Origin: Phycisphaerae bacterium | GTDB lineage: Bacteria > Planctomycetota > Phycisphaerae > UBA1845 > PWPN01 | Direction: 5' to 3' | Assembly (NCBI GenBank): GCA_012719955.1 | Contig: JAAXZI010000223.1 | Coordinates: 500 to 64,499, forward strand | Length of the DNA: 64,000 nt | In this document: positions 29,755 to 39,052 of the stretch, one piece after another | How positions within the stretch are numbered: position 1 is the stretch's first letter | How the letters are laid out: every line of letters begins with the position of its first letter | The notes under the pieces: model-generated | What the model saw: the letters and a program-made list of their open reading frames with translations, nothing else | Told to the model about the DNA's origin: nothing | Databases searched by the model: none | Position numbers and translations under genes: made by a program

Positions 29755-30340
29755 GGAAGGCGTAAGGCCTTCCGGGCCCCGCGGCAACATGTCCGGCCGC
29801 GGAGATTTGACAATGCGATAGTTTCTCTGACGGTTGGTTCACCCTTCTTCATGGGGGACCGGAATGCCCAGAACGTCGATTCTTATCGGCGGCATCCGTG
29901 GTTCGCTGCGCACCGGTCGGTGTCACGCGAACCACCGGGTACACCTGTTTGGAGAAGCCATCAGTGCTCATGCGATGGAGGCTGCTCTATATGGCCGGCC
30001 TCTACGCAGACGGCTGATCGATTTCGGCTCGGAGGGCGAACGTGGTCCTCCGGGATGAATTCGGATGGTGTGACGGGAGGCTCACCGGCGAGCAAGTTCT
30101 ACCGTAGAGACAGCCGGTTTCCGGGCCTCCAGGGTTCCAGTTGTGAGGAGAAAAATCGACAGAGCACACCAGGACAACTCAACCGCGAAAGCGGGCGGAT
30201 GTAAGACATACTAATAAAAGAATGAGCCTTGAAAGGGCTCGGCTGACGGCCCGCACGATCAGCGGGACCCAAGCCGGATGACCAACGGCGAACGCACAGG
30301 AGTTCCTGCTCGGTAGCGTCCGCCGTTGGCCCCTTTTTAC
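29755..30340 (+). ncRNA. Candidate long structured ncRNA (unclassified)
   Basis: Starts just after the promoter with a hairpin, contains at least 8 stems, ends in a long hairpin plus T-tract; no ORF with SD and coding-like composition. Confidence 0.4.
30282..30338 (+). terminator. Putative intrinsic (possibly bidirectional) terminator
   Basis: CCAACGGCG...CGCCGTTGG stem with an inner CAGG/CCTG helix, then CCCC and TTTTT; the U-tract is offset, so imperfect. Confidence 0.4.
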
Positions 30341-30363
30341 TCAGCACTGCGCGGGTGGGTTTC

Positions 30364-31583
30364 TCATCTCTCGGCAGTGACGGCGGCCGTTCCGCGAGCT
30401 TGGCGCGAGGCCTTGGCCGCGCGCAGTATGTTCAGTAAGTCGGCCACCTGTCGCTGAGCGGAACTTGTATTTCGGACGACCAGCAGGCCATCGTAAATGC
30501 CGATCGCGCCACTCTCACCTTCGGGCGCCCAGGAGTCCGGCTCGACCATGCTGGTGATCAGCTTCAGCAATTCCGCAGCGTCTCGATCGCGCAGGGCTGA
30601 AAGTATCTCGGCAACGAGTGGCTCAGCAGCACTGCTTCCGGCCCGGCCGCCGGGCGGGATGCTGCTGCCTGGTCCTCACTCTCAGGCGCCGCCGCTTGGG
30701 GCCGGTTCGGGTGGGCGGACCTGGCGGGAGTTCGAGAGGTGCGCACCTTGATGGAGAATACCGCAAGCGTATCCTTCTGACTTGGGGTGAGAGGCTGGCC
30801 GATGAGGTCACTGCATTCGTAAGCGCGAACGACGGTGCGCGAGTTCAACTCTTCTTGGGTCGAGACGCGGATGATGCCGTCCATCACGTCATATGTTGCC
30901 CGGCCAACGCCGCCAGCCGCCAGGCTGACGTTGTCCAGGACGATGTCCAAGACAGTGCCGAGCTTCACGTCTCGAAGGTTCAGGCTGTCTGTCTCAGTGG
31001 TGCGCTCGATGTTGATCAGAGCCAAGGCCGCCCAATTCACGTTGAGACTCAATTGGCCCTGCAACCTCAAGTAATCTATCGCATCGGCCAGGGTGGTGCC
31101 CTCGGCCAGGTCTACCGTTGACAGGACCATCGTGAGCTTTTCACGCGCGGCCCGATCGACTTCAGATTCCGTGTACGATGCAACTTCGGCAGGTCGGGTA
31201 ACCGTTGCGGCGGTCGGCGGCTTGATCATCTTCTCGCCGGCTTGCGTCACGGCCGGCGCTGGCACCCATGCCGTGTGCTGGGGCAGGAGGAAGCTCACGA
31301 GGAGAACGGCGGCGGCAACAGCAAACATCGTGGTGGTGCGCATAATCCATCTTCTCGTTCGACCGATTTTGCCAGACTCGCCGGCCAACGCGGCGGCGTC
31401 TCCGAATTCATCCAACGCGGTCTGGATGGCTTCTTCCCGGGTGAAACCGCGCGCCATGAGCTCGTCGAGCTGATCCTCCATGTGGGTGCGCAACTCGCGG
31501 GCGATGGCCGTCCGCTGGTTTCCACTCAGGTTGAGAAAACGCGCCAGCAGGCGCAGGTAAGACTCGAACTCCTGCTCGGACAT
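30364..31583 (-). pseudogene. HAAS (permease-prefix-1)-TM-STN/secretin-N-like protein, split by a -1 frameshift near 30600-30670
   Basis: ORF 30564-31583: IARELRTHMED...EEAIQTALDEFG, TM helix, RAYECSDL. Its expected continuation EILSALRDRDAAELLKLITSMVEPDSW...GLLVVRNT...VADLL lies in the next frame (30364-30570). May be an assembly indel. Confidence 0.65.
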
Positions 31584-31663
31584 CGCGAGTCTCCTTCAGG
31601 TTTGATCTTCGTCCGGACCCGGGTGAGCTTGTCGCGACGAGTCCGCTTCGGGCTCGTCTCCCG

Positions 31664-32023
31664 TCAGGTCGGCTCGGGACCGATCCGCAGGGCGGCCAGC
31701 GCGGGGTTGAGAAGTCGCCGGATGCAGTTGACGTACTCCTGCCACTGGCTTGCCTGGTCTTGAAGCATTCGCCGGCCCGTGGGGGTCAGCTCGTACCATT
31801 TGCGGTCGCGCCCGGTGGTGTCGTCCCATCGGCTGGTGATCGCGCCGTCGGATTCGAGTCGGTGCAGCAGGGGATAAAGCGTGCCGGCCTGGATACGCAC
31901 GAGGTTGCCGCTGGCTTCACGGATACGCTTCTGGATGAGATACCCATACTGCGGCCCCTCGGCCAACGCCGAAAGCACCATCAGGTCCAGGCTGCCTCGT
32001 ACCAGATCACGATCAAAGGTCAT
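31664..32023 (-). CDS. PadR-family transcriptional regulator
   Basis: RGSLDLMVLSAL...YGYLI...GTLYPLLHRLE...RKWYELT..G. Confidence 0.93.
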   Translation of the reverse strand: MTFDRDLVRGSLDLMVLSALAEGPQYGYLIQKRIREASGNLVRIQAGTLYPLLHRLESDGAITSRWDDTTGRDRKWYELTPTGRRMLQDQASQWQEYVNCIRRLLNPALAALRIGPEPT

Positions 32024-32189
32024 AGGGCTCCCATCCAACTCATGTATCTGGACTATATATAGCACAACTATCTATCCGACGCAAGCGGTTTTTCGACCTT
32101 CTTGACGATTTCTGGGCGAGGGGGGTGTGCACCCCATAAGATCCATTCGGCCTGTTGGATATTCTACTGATGTGTCGCTGGAGATAGAG

Positions 32190-33614
32190 ATGAATCGACC
32201 TTCCACGGTGGGCGAGTTGAAGGCCAGTGGTTACCGGCCGCGGTCCGTTCGCGATGAGATGCGCGAGAACCTCATCCGTAAACTGCGGGCCGGGGAGCCC
32301 GTGTTTCCCGGCATCGTCGGGTATGACGAGACGGTGATTCCCCAGGTGATCAACGCGATCCTGGCCCGGCACGACATGTTGTTTCTGGGGCTGCGCGGCC
32401 AGGCCAAGACGCGCATCCTGCGGGCCCTGCCTTCGCTTCTGGATGAGTACATGCCCACCCTGGCTGGTGGGGAGCTCAACGACGATCCGCTGGAACCCCG
32501 GTTCCGCCGGTCGAAGGCGATCCTGGCCGAGCGGGGTGATGCGGCTGAGCTGCACTGGGTCCATCGCGACGAGCGTTACCACGAGAAGCTGGCCACGCCG
32601 GACGTGACCATCGCCGATCTGCTCGGTGAAATCGACCTCGTCAAGCACGCCGAGGGCCGCTACCTCTCCGACGAGGAGATCATGCACTACGGCCTGATCC
32701 CCCGGAGCAACCGCGGCATCTTCGCGATTAACGAACTGCCCGATCTCGCCCCACGCATTCAGGTGGGTTTGTTCAACGTGCTCGAAGAACGCGACGTGCA
32801 GATTCGCGGCTTTCCGGTGCGGTTGCCGCTGGACGTGTGCATGGTGTTCAGCGCCAACCCCGAGGATTACACCAACCGCGGCCGGATCGTCACCCCGCTC
32901 AAAGACCGCATCGGCTCGGTGATCCGCACGCACTACCCGCGCACCATTGAAGACTCCATGCGCATCACGCGGGAGAACGCCTGGCTGGAGCGGGGCGGCG
33001 GCGAGGGTCTGCCGCAGGTGACGGTGCCGAAGTTCATGGCCGAGATCGTGGAAGAGTTCATCCGCCTGGCCCGCGTCAGCCCGCACGTCAACCAGCAGTC
33101 CGGCGTGTCCGTGCGCGCCTCCATCGCCTGCATGGAGGCCCTGGTGTCCAATGCCGAGCGGCGGGGAATCCTGCTCGGGGAGCGCGAGGTCATGCCCCGG
33201 ATCTCCGATCTGGGCAATATCGCCGCCGCCTGCCGGGGCAAGATCGAACTGGTGCTTGCGGAAGATGAGCAGGCCGAGGACAAGCTCATCGCGGCCCTGC
33301 TCGGTGAAGCGGTCAAAGCGGTGGCCTCCAACTACTTCGAGGTGGATGACCTGGAAGCGGTGGTGGAACAGTTCCGAGGGGCAAAGACCAACCTGGAGGT
33401 CGGCGACGATCTGCCGGCCAGGACGCTGCTCGAAGCAATGGGATCGATCAAGGGCCTGCGGGACGTGACCCGATCGGTGGTGAGTGAGGCGGGGCTGCCC
33501 GCCGATTCCCCCGCGGCTCTGGCCAGCGCCGCCGAATTCGTGCTCGAAGCCCTCTACGTCAACAATCGCTTGAGCAAGTACGAGTATCGCGGGAGCACGT
33601 TCTACAAGCGCTGA
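32190..33614 (+). CDS. Mg-chelatase/MoxR-like AAA+ ATPase
   Basis: Walker A GLRGQAKT; NRGIFAINELPDL, FSANPEDYTNRGRIVTPLKDR. Confidence 0.85.
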   Translation: MNRPSTVGELKASGYRPRSVRDEMRENLIRKLRAGEPVFPGIVGYDETVIPQVINAILARHDMLFLGLRGQAKTRILRALPSLLDEYMPTLAGGELNDDPLEPRFRRSKAILAERGDAAELHWVHRDERYHEKLATPDVTIADLLGEIDLVKHAEGRYLSDEEIMHYGLIPRSNRGIFAINELPDLAPRIQVGLFNVLEERDVQIRGFPVRLPLDVCMVFSANPEDYTNRGRIVTPLKDRIGSVIRTHYPRTIEDSMRITRENAWLERGGGEGLPQVTVPKFMAEIVEEFIRLARVSPHVNQQSGVSVRASIACMEALVSNAERRGILLGEREVMPRISDLGNIAAACRGKIELVLAEDEQAEDKLIAALLGEAVKAVASNYFEVDDLEAVVEQFRGAKTNLEVGDDLPARTLLEAMGSIKGLRDVTRSVVSEAGLPADSPAALASAAEFVLEALYVNNRLSKYEYRGSTFYKR

Positions 33615-33646
33615 TCGCCCGCGCGGGACGCAGGGTCGCGCGGAGC

Positions 33647-34297
33647 TTACGGAGCGGTTCGTTTCTTGAGTACGTATTCGTCGACCCGGTCCGCGTAGAT
33701 CAACAGCCCGTTGTAGGTGATCGCGAACTGGCTGACGCCGTGAAGCTCCTGGTTCACGGGATCGTACCATCCATTGAAGTCATACGTGGCCGTGCCCGTG
33801 CCCGGCAGGGGAATGAACAGCACGATGATGTTCGAGCCGGTGGCCGAGGCCGCAAAGTGGGATTCGCCGGTCCACCGGTCGATAAAGGGTTCCCCGGGCG
33901 ACAAGGAGGCGTCCAGCGAACCCAGGGGAATGCTCATCCTTCGGGACTCGTCGAACTGCACGTTGGTTCGGAAGTCGCTCGGGTTTTCCTCGTTGCGGAT
34001 GGCCACCGGAATTCCCCGGGCGTCGAAGGTGAACACCACCGGCTGCCCGAGCACGTCCCATTCACCGGGTAACACCGTGGGGGCGATATTGGGTTCCTCC
34101 ACCGTTGGGGGCGGTTCCTCCGCTGGTGGTGGTGGTGGTGGCTCGGCCACCACCTCCTCGAGAACATGTGTCGTCTCGGCAGCCACACCCGGCTCGGGCT
34201 CGGGTTCGGGCGGCGGATCTACCGGCTGGGGAACCCAGGCGCCGCAACCGCAGATCCAAACGGCCCAGCCCAGTTTCGCCAGGCAACACGTTCTCAT
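33647..34297 (-). CDS. Hypothetical Pro-rich lipoprotein
   Basis: ICGC lipobox, PE/PP linker, beta-rich C-terminal half. Confidence 0.65.
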   Translation of the reverse strand: MRTCCLAKLGWAVWICGCGAWVPQPVDPPPEPEPEPGVAAETTHVLEEVVAEPPPPPPAEEPPPTVEEPNIAPTVLPGEWDVLGQPVVFTFDARGIPVAIRNEENPSDFRTNVQFDESRRMSIPLGSLDASLSPGEPFIDRWTGESHFAASATGSNIIVLFIPLPGTGTATYDFNGWYDPVNQELHGVSQFAITYNGLLIYADRVDEYVLKKRTAP

Positions 34298-34358
34298 TGT
34301 ACTACCCCCGGGGCCTTGTTGATCCGCGAACCGTGTTCAGTTGGGGAATTTCGCGTTT

Positions 34359-34391
34359 CTGCAGCGGCCGGGTACCTCCCGGCCGCTGCAG
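34359..34391. repeat. Perfect 14-bp hairpin related to the GTAG REP family
   Basis: CTGCAGCGGCCGGG-TACCT-CCCGGCCGCTGCAG. Confidence 0.7.
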
Positions 34392-34479
34392 ACGGCTCGA
34401 AACTCACTCACTGGAAACAATACTACATGAGCGTGCGCGATCTTGCGAGAGGCTCCCGGGCGCGCCGCCGCAGGGTCAT

Positions 34480-36717
34480 TTAGAATCCCAGCCCTCCAAT
34501 GCCTGGTATCAAAGCCAGATCGCTCAGGAACCCCTGGGGTATGACCAGGTCCATGCGGAGGCTGGCGCCCTCCACGCCGGCCGTTGCACCCAGCGCCTGG
34601 GTGGCATGGCCGGGATCACCTTCCGGCGTGCCGAGCAAGCCGATGTCGTACATCAGTTTCGCCATCTGCCGGGGCGCGAAGTGCAGGATCTGAACGCGGG
34701 AAGCCGGCAGCAGGGCCTCCGAATCGGCGATACTCGGCCGGGCCGCCAGCGGGGCGGCGTTCGCCTCTACGTTCTCCACGATGGCTGCCAGCCGGGCGGC
34801 GCCGCCACCCAGGCTCACTACCACTGCGTCGGAATTCACCGCTACGAAACGTATGATAATCTCCCCGTTGCCCAGCAGCGCGCTCAGGATGGGCTCGCTT
34901 GAGGGGGCTGCGTAGTTCGGAAACGCCGCAAGATCGATGATGAGCTGATAGACCGTTCGTCCCGCAAGCTCGGTGAAGTCTTGGGTCAGGCTCACGACCG
35001 AATCGGACGCGCCCATGGCAACTGCCCCAATCTTCAATTCGTCGGCCAGCACCTCGAGATGATTCAGGTAGGCGCTCGCTCCGCCTGCCGTAGTCTGAAC
35101 GATCTCCGCGAAGCCGAAACACCCTGTGGTTCCGTCAAGCTGCGAGACCATGCTGGCCGATTGCCGGGTCAGGGCGTCTATCGCCGCCACGGCGCTCTCC
35201 GTGCGCGCGGTGACTCCGCCGGAGGTGCTGGCTTGCAGTTGAGGCACGAGCTGGTGGATCCGCGCGGGGTTATCATTTCCATGAACCCCCATGGCCACGA
35301 TCAGGCGCTCGTCCGGGAGTCCGACCAGAAGATTGTCCGCCGTCATCTGCCGACCGGCCAGCTTGGTCGCGGAAGGCGTGCCCGGTGTGAACCGTACCCA
35401 GAGGGTGACATTGAGGACGTCGGTTATCGTGCCGGTCAGGCAGACAGCCTCGGCGTCCGGAAGAGTGGCCGAAGGATCGGACGGCGTTCCCGTGGTGACC
35501 AGCGGGAGAGGAATGATACCCAGGGGCAGCGGCACCTCACTGTCAGAGTAGAACAGGAACTGCCGCTGATTGTACGTCTCGATCCAGGCCGGCGAGAGCT
35601 TCTCCAGGAGCGAATGCGTCTGCGACTGGATCTCCAGTACGTGGGCGGCCTCAGAGGCCGCGACCAGGAATTCCCCGTCGGCCAGCGTGCCAATATAGAG
35701 CATGGGGTAGCCGTTCCTTATGATTTCGGTCAGGCCGTTATCCAGGTTCTGGATAGTACAGCCCGGTTGCCACTCGTTAATCGCGGCGATGACATCCTGA
35801 AGCGACGCCTGCGCGAAGAGGGCCGACATCAGGTCGCTCGTCCTCAGGGCAAAGGCCCATTGCCCGTCAAACACGGGTTGATTGAAGATGTGATCGAGCT
35901 GGTCGAGCGATCCGCCCACACCAGGGAGCGCCCTGGCGGCGTCGACGAGAGCTTTCAAGTGTTTTGCCCCCATGGCCATGTTCGCGTCCGCGGGTATGAA
36001 GCTCAATATCGAGACTTGCGCAGGGAGGACTGCCCTCACGACGATCCTCACCGTGTCGCTGGCAACCAGCTCGCCATCGCTGACCGTCAGGGTGAATTCC
36101 AGGACGGTATCCTCCGTCGGGGTGGGGGCCACGAAGCTGGCGGTCGCCGCATCGGCGCCGATCAGGGAAACCGCCGCCTCGGTGGACCACGCGTAAGTCA
36201 AAGCACTTCCGTCAGGGTCCCAAGAGCCGGTACCGTCAAGGATGACAGTAGAGCCCGCCTCAACCGTCTGATCGGGGCCGGCATTGGCGATCGGTGGGCG
36301 ATTCGCCGAGCTATCGGCGGGCAGAATCGTGACGCTGACGGAGGCATCGCTGCTGTTGGGGCCGTCACTGACTGTGACTGTGAAGGTCAGGACTGTGCCG
36401 CTGGGAGCTTCGGGGGCAACAAAGGAAGTCTCCGCCGCATCGGCGTTGGCCAGTTCGACCGACGGGCCGGCTGTCTGCACCCATCGGAAGGTGAGCGGGT
36501 CGTTCTCGGGGTCGGATGACTCCGCGGCCGAGATAATCACGGTTTCGCCAGGCCGGGCGCCCGGGTGACTGGTGGTTGCGCGGGCCTCCGGCGGAAGGTT
36601 GTCCTCCTCCGAGCCAGGACCCTGCGGGGTGTCGCCGCCGGGGCATCCTGCCAGTCCGATCAGGAGCAGCGAGACAGGTATCATCCAAAAGCCGTTTTTT
36701 CCTGCCGGTGTCGTCAT
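34480..36717 (-). CDS. Lipoprotein with two PKD-like Ig repeats and an unknown C-terminal domain
   Basis: LAGC lipobox; SSDPENDPLTFRWVQTAGP and PIANAGPDQTV...LDGTGSWDPDGSALTYAW repeats. Confidence 0.8.
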   Translation of the reverse strand: MTTPAGKNGFWMIPVSLLLIGLAGCPGGDTPQGPGSEEDNLPPEARATTSHPGARPGETVIISAAESSDPENDPLTFRWVQTAGPSVELANADAAETSFVAPEAPSGTVLTFTVTVSDGPNSSDASVSVTILPADSSANRPPIANAGPDQTVEAGSTVILDGTGSWDPDGSALTYAWSTEAAVSLIGADAATASFVAPTPTEDTVLEFTLTVSDGELVASDTVRIVVRAVLPAQVSILSFIPADANMAMGAKHLKALVDAARALPGVGGSLDQLDHIFNQPVFDGQWAFALRTSDLMSALFAQASLQDVIAAINEWQPGCTIQNLDNGLTEIIRNGYPMLYIGTLADGEFLVAASEAAHVLEIQSQTHSLLEKLSPAWIETYNQRQFLFYSDSEVPLPLGIIPLPLVTTGTPSDPSATLPDAEAVCLTGTITDVLNVTLWVRFTPGTPSATKLAGRQMTADNLLVGLPDERLIVAMGVHGNDNPARIHQLVPQLQASTSGGVTARTESAVAAIDALTRQSASMVSQLDGTTGCFGFAEIVQTTAGGASAYLNHLEVLADELKIGAVAMGASDSVVSLTQDFTELAGRTVYQLIIDLAAFPNYAAPSSEPILSALLGNGEIIIRFVAVNSDAVVVSLGGGAARLAAIVENVEANAAPLAARPSIADSEALLPASRVQILHFAPRQMAKLMYDIGLLGTPEGDPGHATQALGATAGVEGASLRMDLVIPQGFLSDLALIPGIGGLGF

Positions 36718-37109
36718 GACTGTTTTCCTCCGAGATCATTCTCGGTAATGGCAAAGATTCACTATCGCTACAAAGGAAGGGAGACGATTAAAGCCCACAT
36801 TCCTACACGGACTCACACGGCACGTTAAGACCGAGTGGAATATTTCATTGGCGTGAGGTCGGTTTTGAAATAGAATGGCTTTTTGAACTCAATGCTGGTC
36901 CAGAAATTGATCTGTGCCCGGTTTGTGATGGGTACGCGCCTCCTGGAGTGGCCGGCGCTGGCCCTGTGGCGGGGGCATTGGAGCGACCAGAAGAATGTCT
37001 TATAATGCCGCCTGCCGGCTCCACCGGCTGGCATCGTTGCAAGAATGCCTCGATTGCGCCCCGCTTTTCGGGGCAGGGCATTCTTCTCCATCGGGGATCG
37101 TGAGCTTAC

Positions 37110-38891
37110 ATGGTCGCTGGCGAACCATTTTCCCATCCGCTCCTGTCGATGCTCTCTGACGGGGCTATCGAGCGGGCGATTCAAATCCTGGCCGAGAGTG
37201 TGTCGGCAACGGTGGCGGTGTTCGATGAGACCGGTGAGCTGCTGGCCGGTCCGGCCGCGGGCAGTCGTTTCGTGCGCGTGATCCTGGAGACCAGCACCGG
37301 GCGGGAGGGGTTGCTGGCGGCCCATCGTGCCGATGTCATGCAGGCCTTGACGGATGCCCCCGGGCGGGCGGGGGACTTTGCCCCGGAGGGCGTGCTGGAC
37401 CGTTTCGTCATTCCCGTGACCCGGGGCGACCGCCGATTGGGGTTCATCACCCTGGGCGACCGGCCGCGACAGCCGCTTTCACCGCAGGCGGTGGAGCACA
37501 TGGAGGTCGCTCTGCAGCTCAAGCCCGGCACGCTGGGGCCGGCGGCGCAGGAACTGCCCCCCTGGGATGCCAACCAGGCGGCGGCGGCACGGCATCTGGC
37601 CGCGCTGATGGGCGAATTGTTCGCCGAACTTAGCGCCGCCGACGAAAACCTCCGTCGGCGGATCGATGAGTTGAGCGCGGTCTACAACATCGTCGGCCTG
37701 CTGTCGGGAACCCTGAACCTCCAGGGGATCCTCGACCGCACCGCCCGCATCGTCTGCCAGGTGATGCAGGTCAAGGCCTGCAGCATCCGCATGTTGGACG
37801 AGAGCAGCGGACAGCTCAAGATCCAGGCCGTGCATAACCTCTCGGACGAATATCTCAATAAGGGCCCGGTGACCGTCGAGGAGAATCCCATCGACGCCGC
37901 GGCCATCCGGGGCGAGATGGTCCGCATCATGGATGCCCCCACCGACCCCAGAACCCGCTATCCCGACGAGGCCCGCAAAGAGGGAATCGTCAGCGGGCTG
38001 GTCTGCGGCATGATCTACCGGGGCAAGGCGGTGGGCGTGATCCGTGTCTACACCGGCGAAACGCACGTGTTCACGCCCTTCGAGGAAGCGCTCCTGCGTG
38101 CGGTGGCCGCCCAGGCGGCCGCGGCGGTGATCAACGCCCGCCTGCTGGCCGAAACCCTGGAAGCCGAACGCTACGCCCGGCAGATTGCCTATGCCGGCGA
38201 GATCCAGCGACGGATGATTCCGGCCAATCCGCCGGTCTTGCCCAGCGTGGACATTGGGGCGGTGTACCGGCCCACTTACCAGCTTGGCGGCGATCTTTAC
38301 GATTTCATCCCCTTGCCCCACGGCAACCTCGGGGTGGGTATCGCCGACGTGTCCGGCAAGGGCGTGCCGGCCTCCCTGCTGATGGCTTCGGTGCGGTCCG
38401 CCCTCCGCGTCTACGCGCGATTCACTTACGACGTTGATCGGATCCTCTACGAAGTGAACCGGCACGTTTGCAGCGACACCAAGGTGGGCGAGTTCGTCAC
38501 CGCCTTCTACGGCGTGATAACCCCCGACGGGCGGCGGCTGACCTACAGCAATGCGGGACACGATCCGCCGATGCTGCTGCGCGGCGGATCCATCGAGCGA
38601 CTCACAATCGGCGGCATGGTGCTCGGCGTGGACTGCACGGCCACCTTCGAGCGGGCTGTCCTGGAGCTGCGGCCGGGGGACATCCTGCTGCTGTATACCG
38701 ACGGCGCGGCCGAGGCCCTCAACTTCACCGACGAGCGCTTTGGGCGCGAACGGCTGGAACAATCGCTGCGCCGCTACGCCGATCAGTCCGCACAACTGAT
38801 TGCCCAGAATATCCTCTGGGATATCCGGCGGTTCCGCGGCCTGGCGGACCGGACCGACGATGTGACGCTCGTGGTGTTGAAGATACGCTAA
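37110..38891 (+). CDS. SpoIIE/RsbU-type PP2C phosphatase with PocR-like and GAF domains
   Basis: GGDLYD, IADVSGKG, YSNAGH, LYTDG.E, DDVT; central GAF; N-terminal PocR-like pattern. Confidence 0.9.
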   Translation: MVAGEPFSHPLLSMLSDGAIERAIQILAESVSATVAVFDETGELLAGPAAGSRFVRVILETSTGREGLLAAHRADVMQALTDAPGRAGDFAPEGVLDRFVIPVTRGDRRLGFITLGDRPRQPLSPQAVEHMEVALQLKPGTLGPAAQELPPWDANQAAAARHLAALMGELFAELSAADENLRRRIDELSAVYNIVGLLSGTLNLQGILDRTARIVCQVMQVKACSIRMLDESSGQLKIQAVHNLSDEYLNKGPVTVEENPIDAAAIRGEMVRIMDAPTDPRTRYPDEARKEGIVSGLVCGMIYRGKAVGVIRVYTGETHVFTPFEEALLRAVAAQAAAAVINARLLAETLEAERYARQIAYAGEIQRRMIPANPPVLPSVDIGAVYRPTYQLGGDLYDFIPLPHGNLGVGIADVSGKGVPASLLMASVRSALRVYARFTYDVDRILYEVNRHVCSDTKVGEFVTAFYGVITPDGRRLTYSNAGHDPPMLLRGGSIERLTIGGMVLGVDCTATFERAVLELRPGDILLLYTDGAAEALNFTDERFGRERLEQSLRRYADQSAQLIAQNILWDIRRFRGLADRTDDVTLVVLKIR

Positions 38892-39052
38892 AGCCGCGCG
38901 TCAGCGGCTGTCCTCAGTGGCCGGGGGCCCATTCCTTTCTTCCGTTTCGAGGTGGTCGAAAGTCTGGGATGCCGCAATTAGAGTGACTGACCGCAACGGG
39001 CTGGTGAGAGCTGACGACTGACTGCCGGCATCCTTATGGATACAATCGCGGT

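Noticed and set aside
30100-30215. Group I intron R/S-like words (TAGAGACAG, AAGACATAC)
   Set aside because: The two segments cannot form the required P7 helix, and there is no host gene to interrupt.
29349-30347. ORFs 29349-29852, 29851-30204 and 30099-30347
   Set aside because: No SD-start pairing, atypical composition and no recognisable domain; treated as non-coding.
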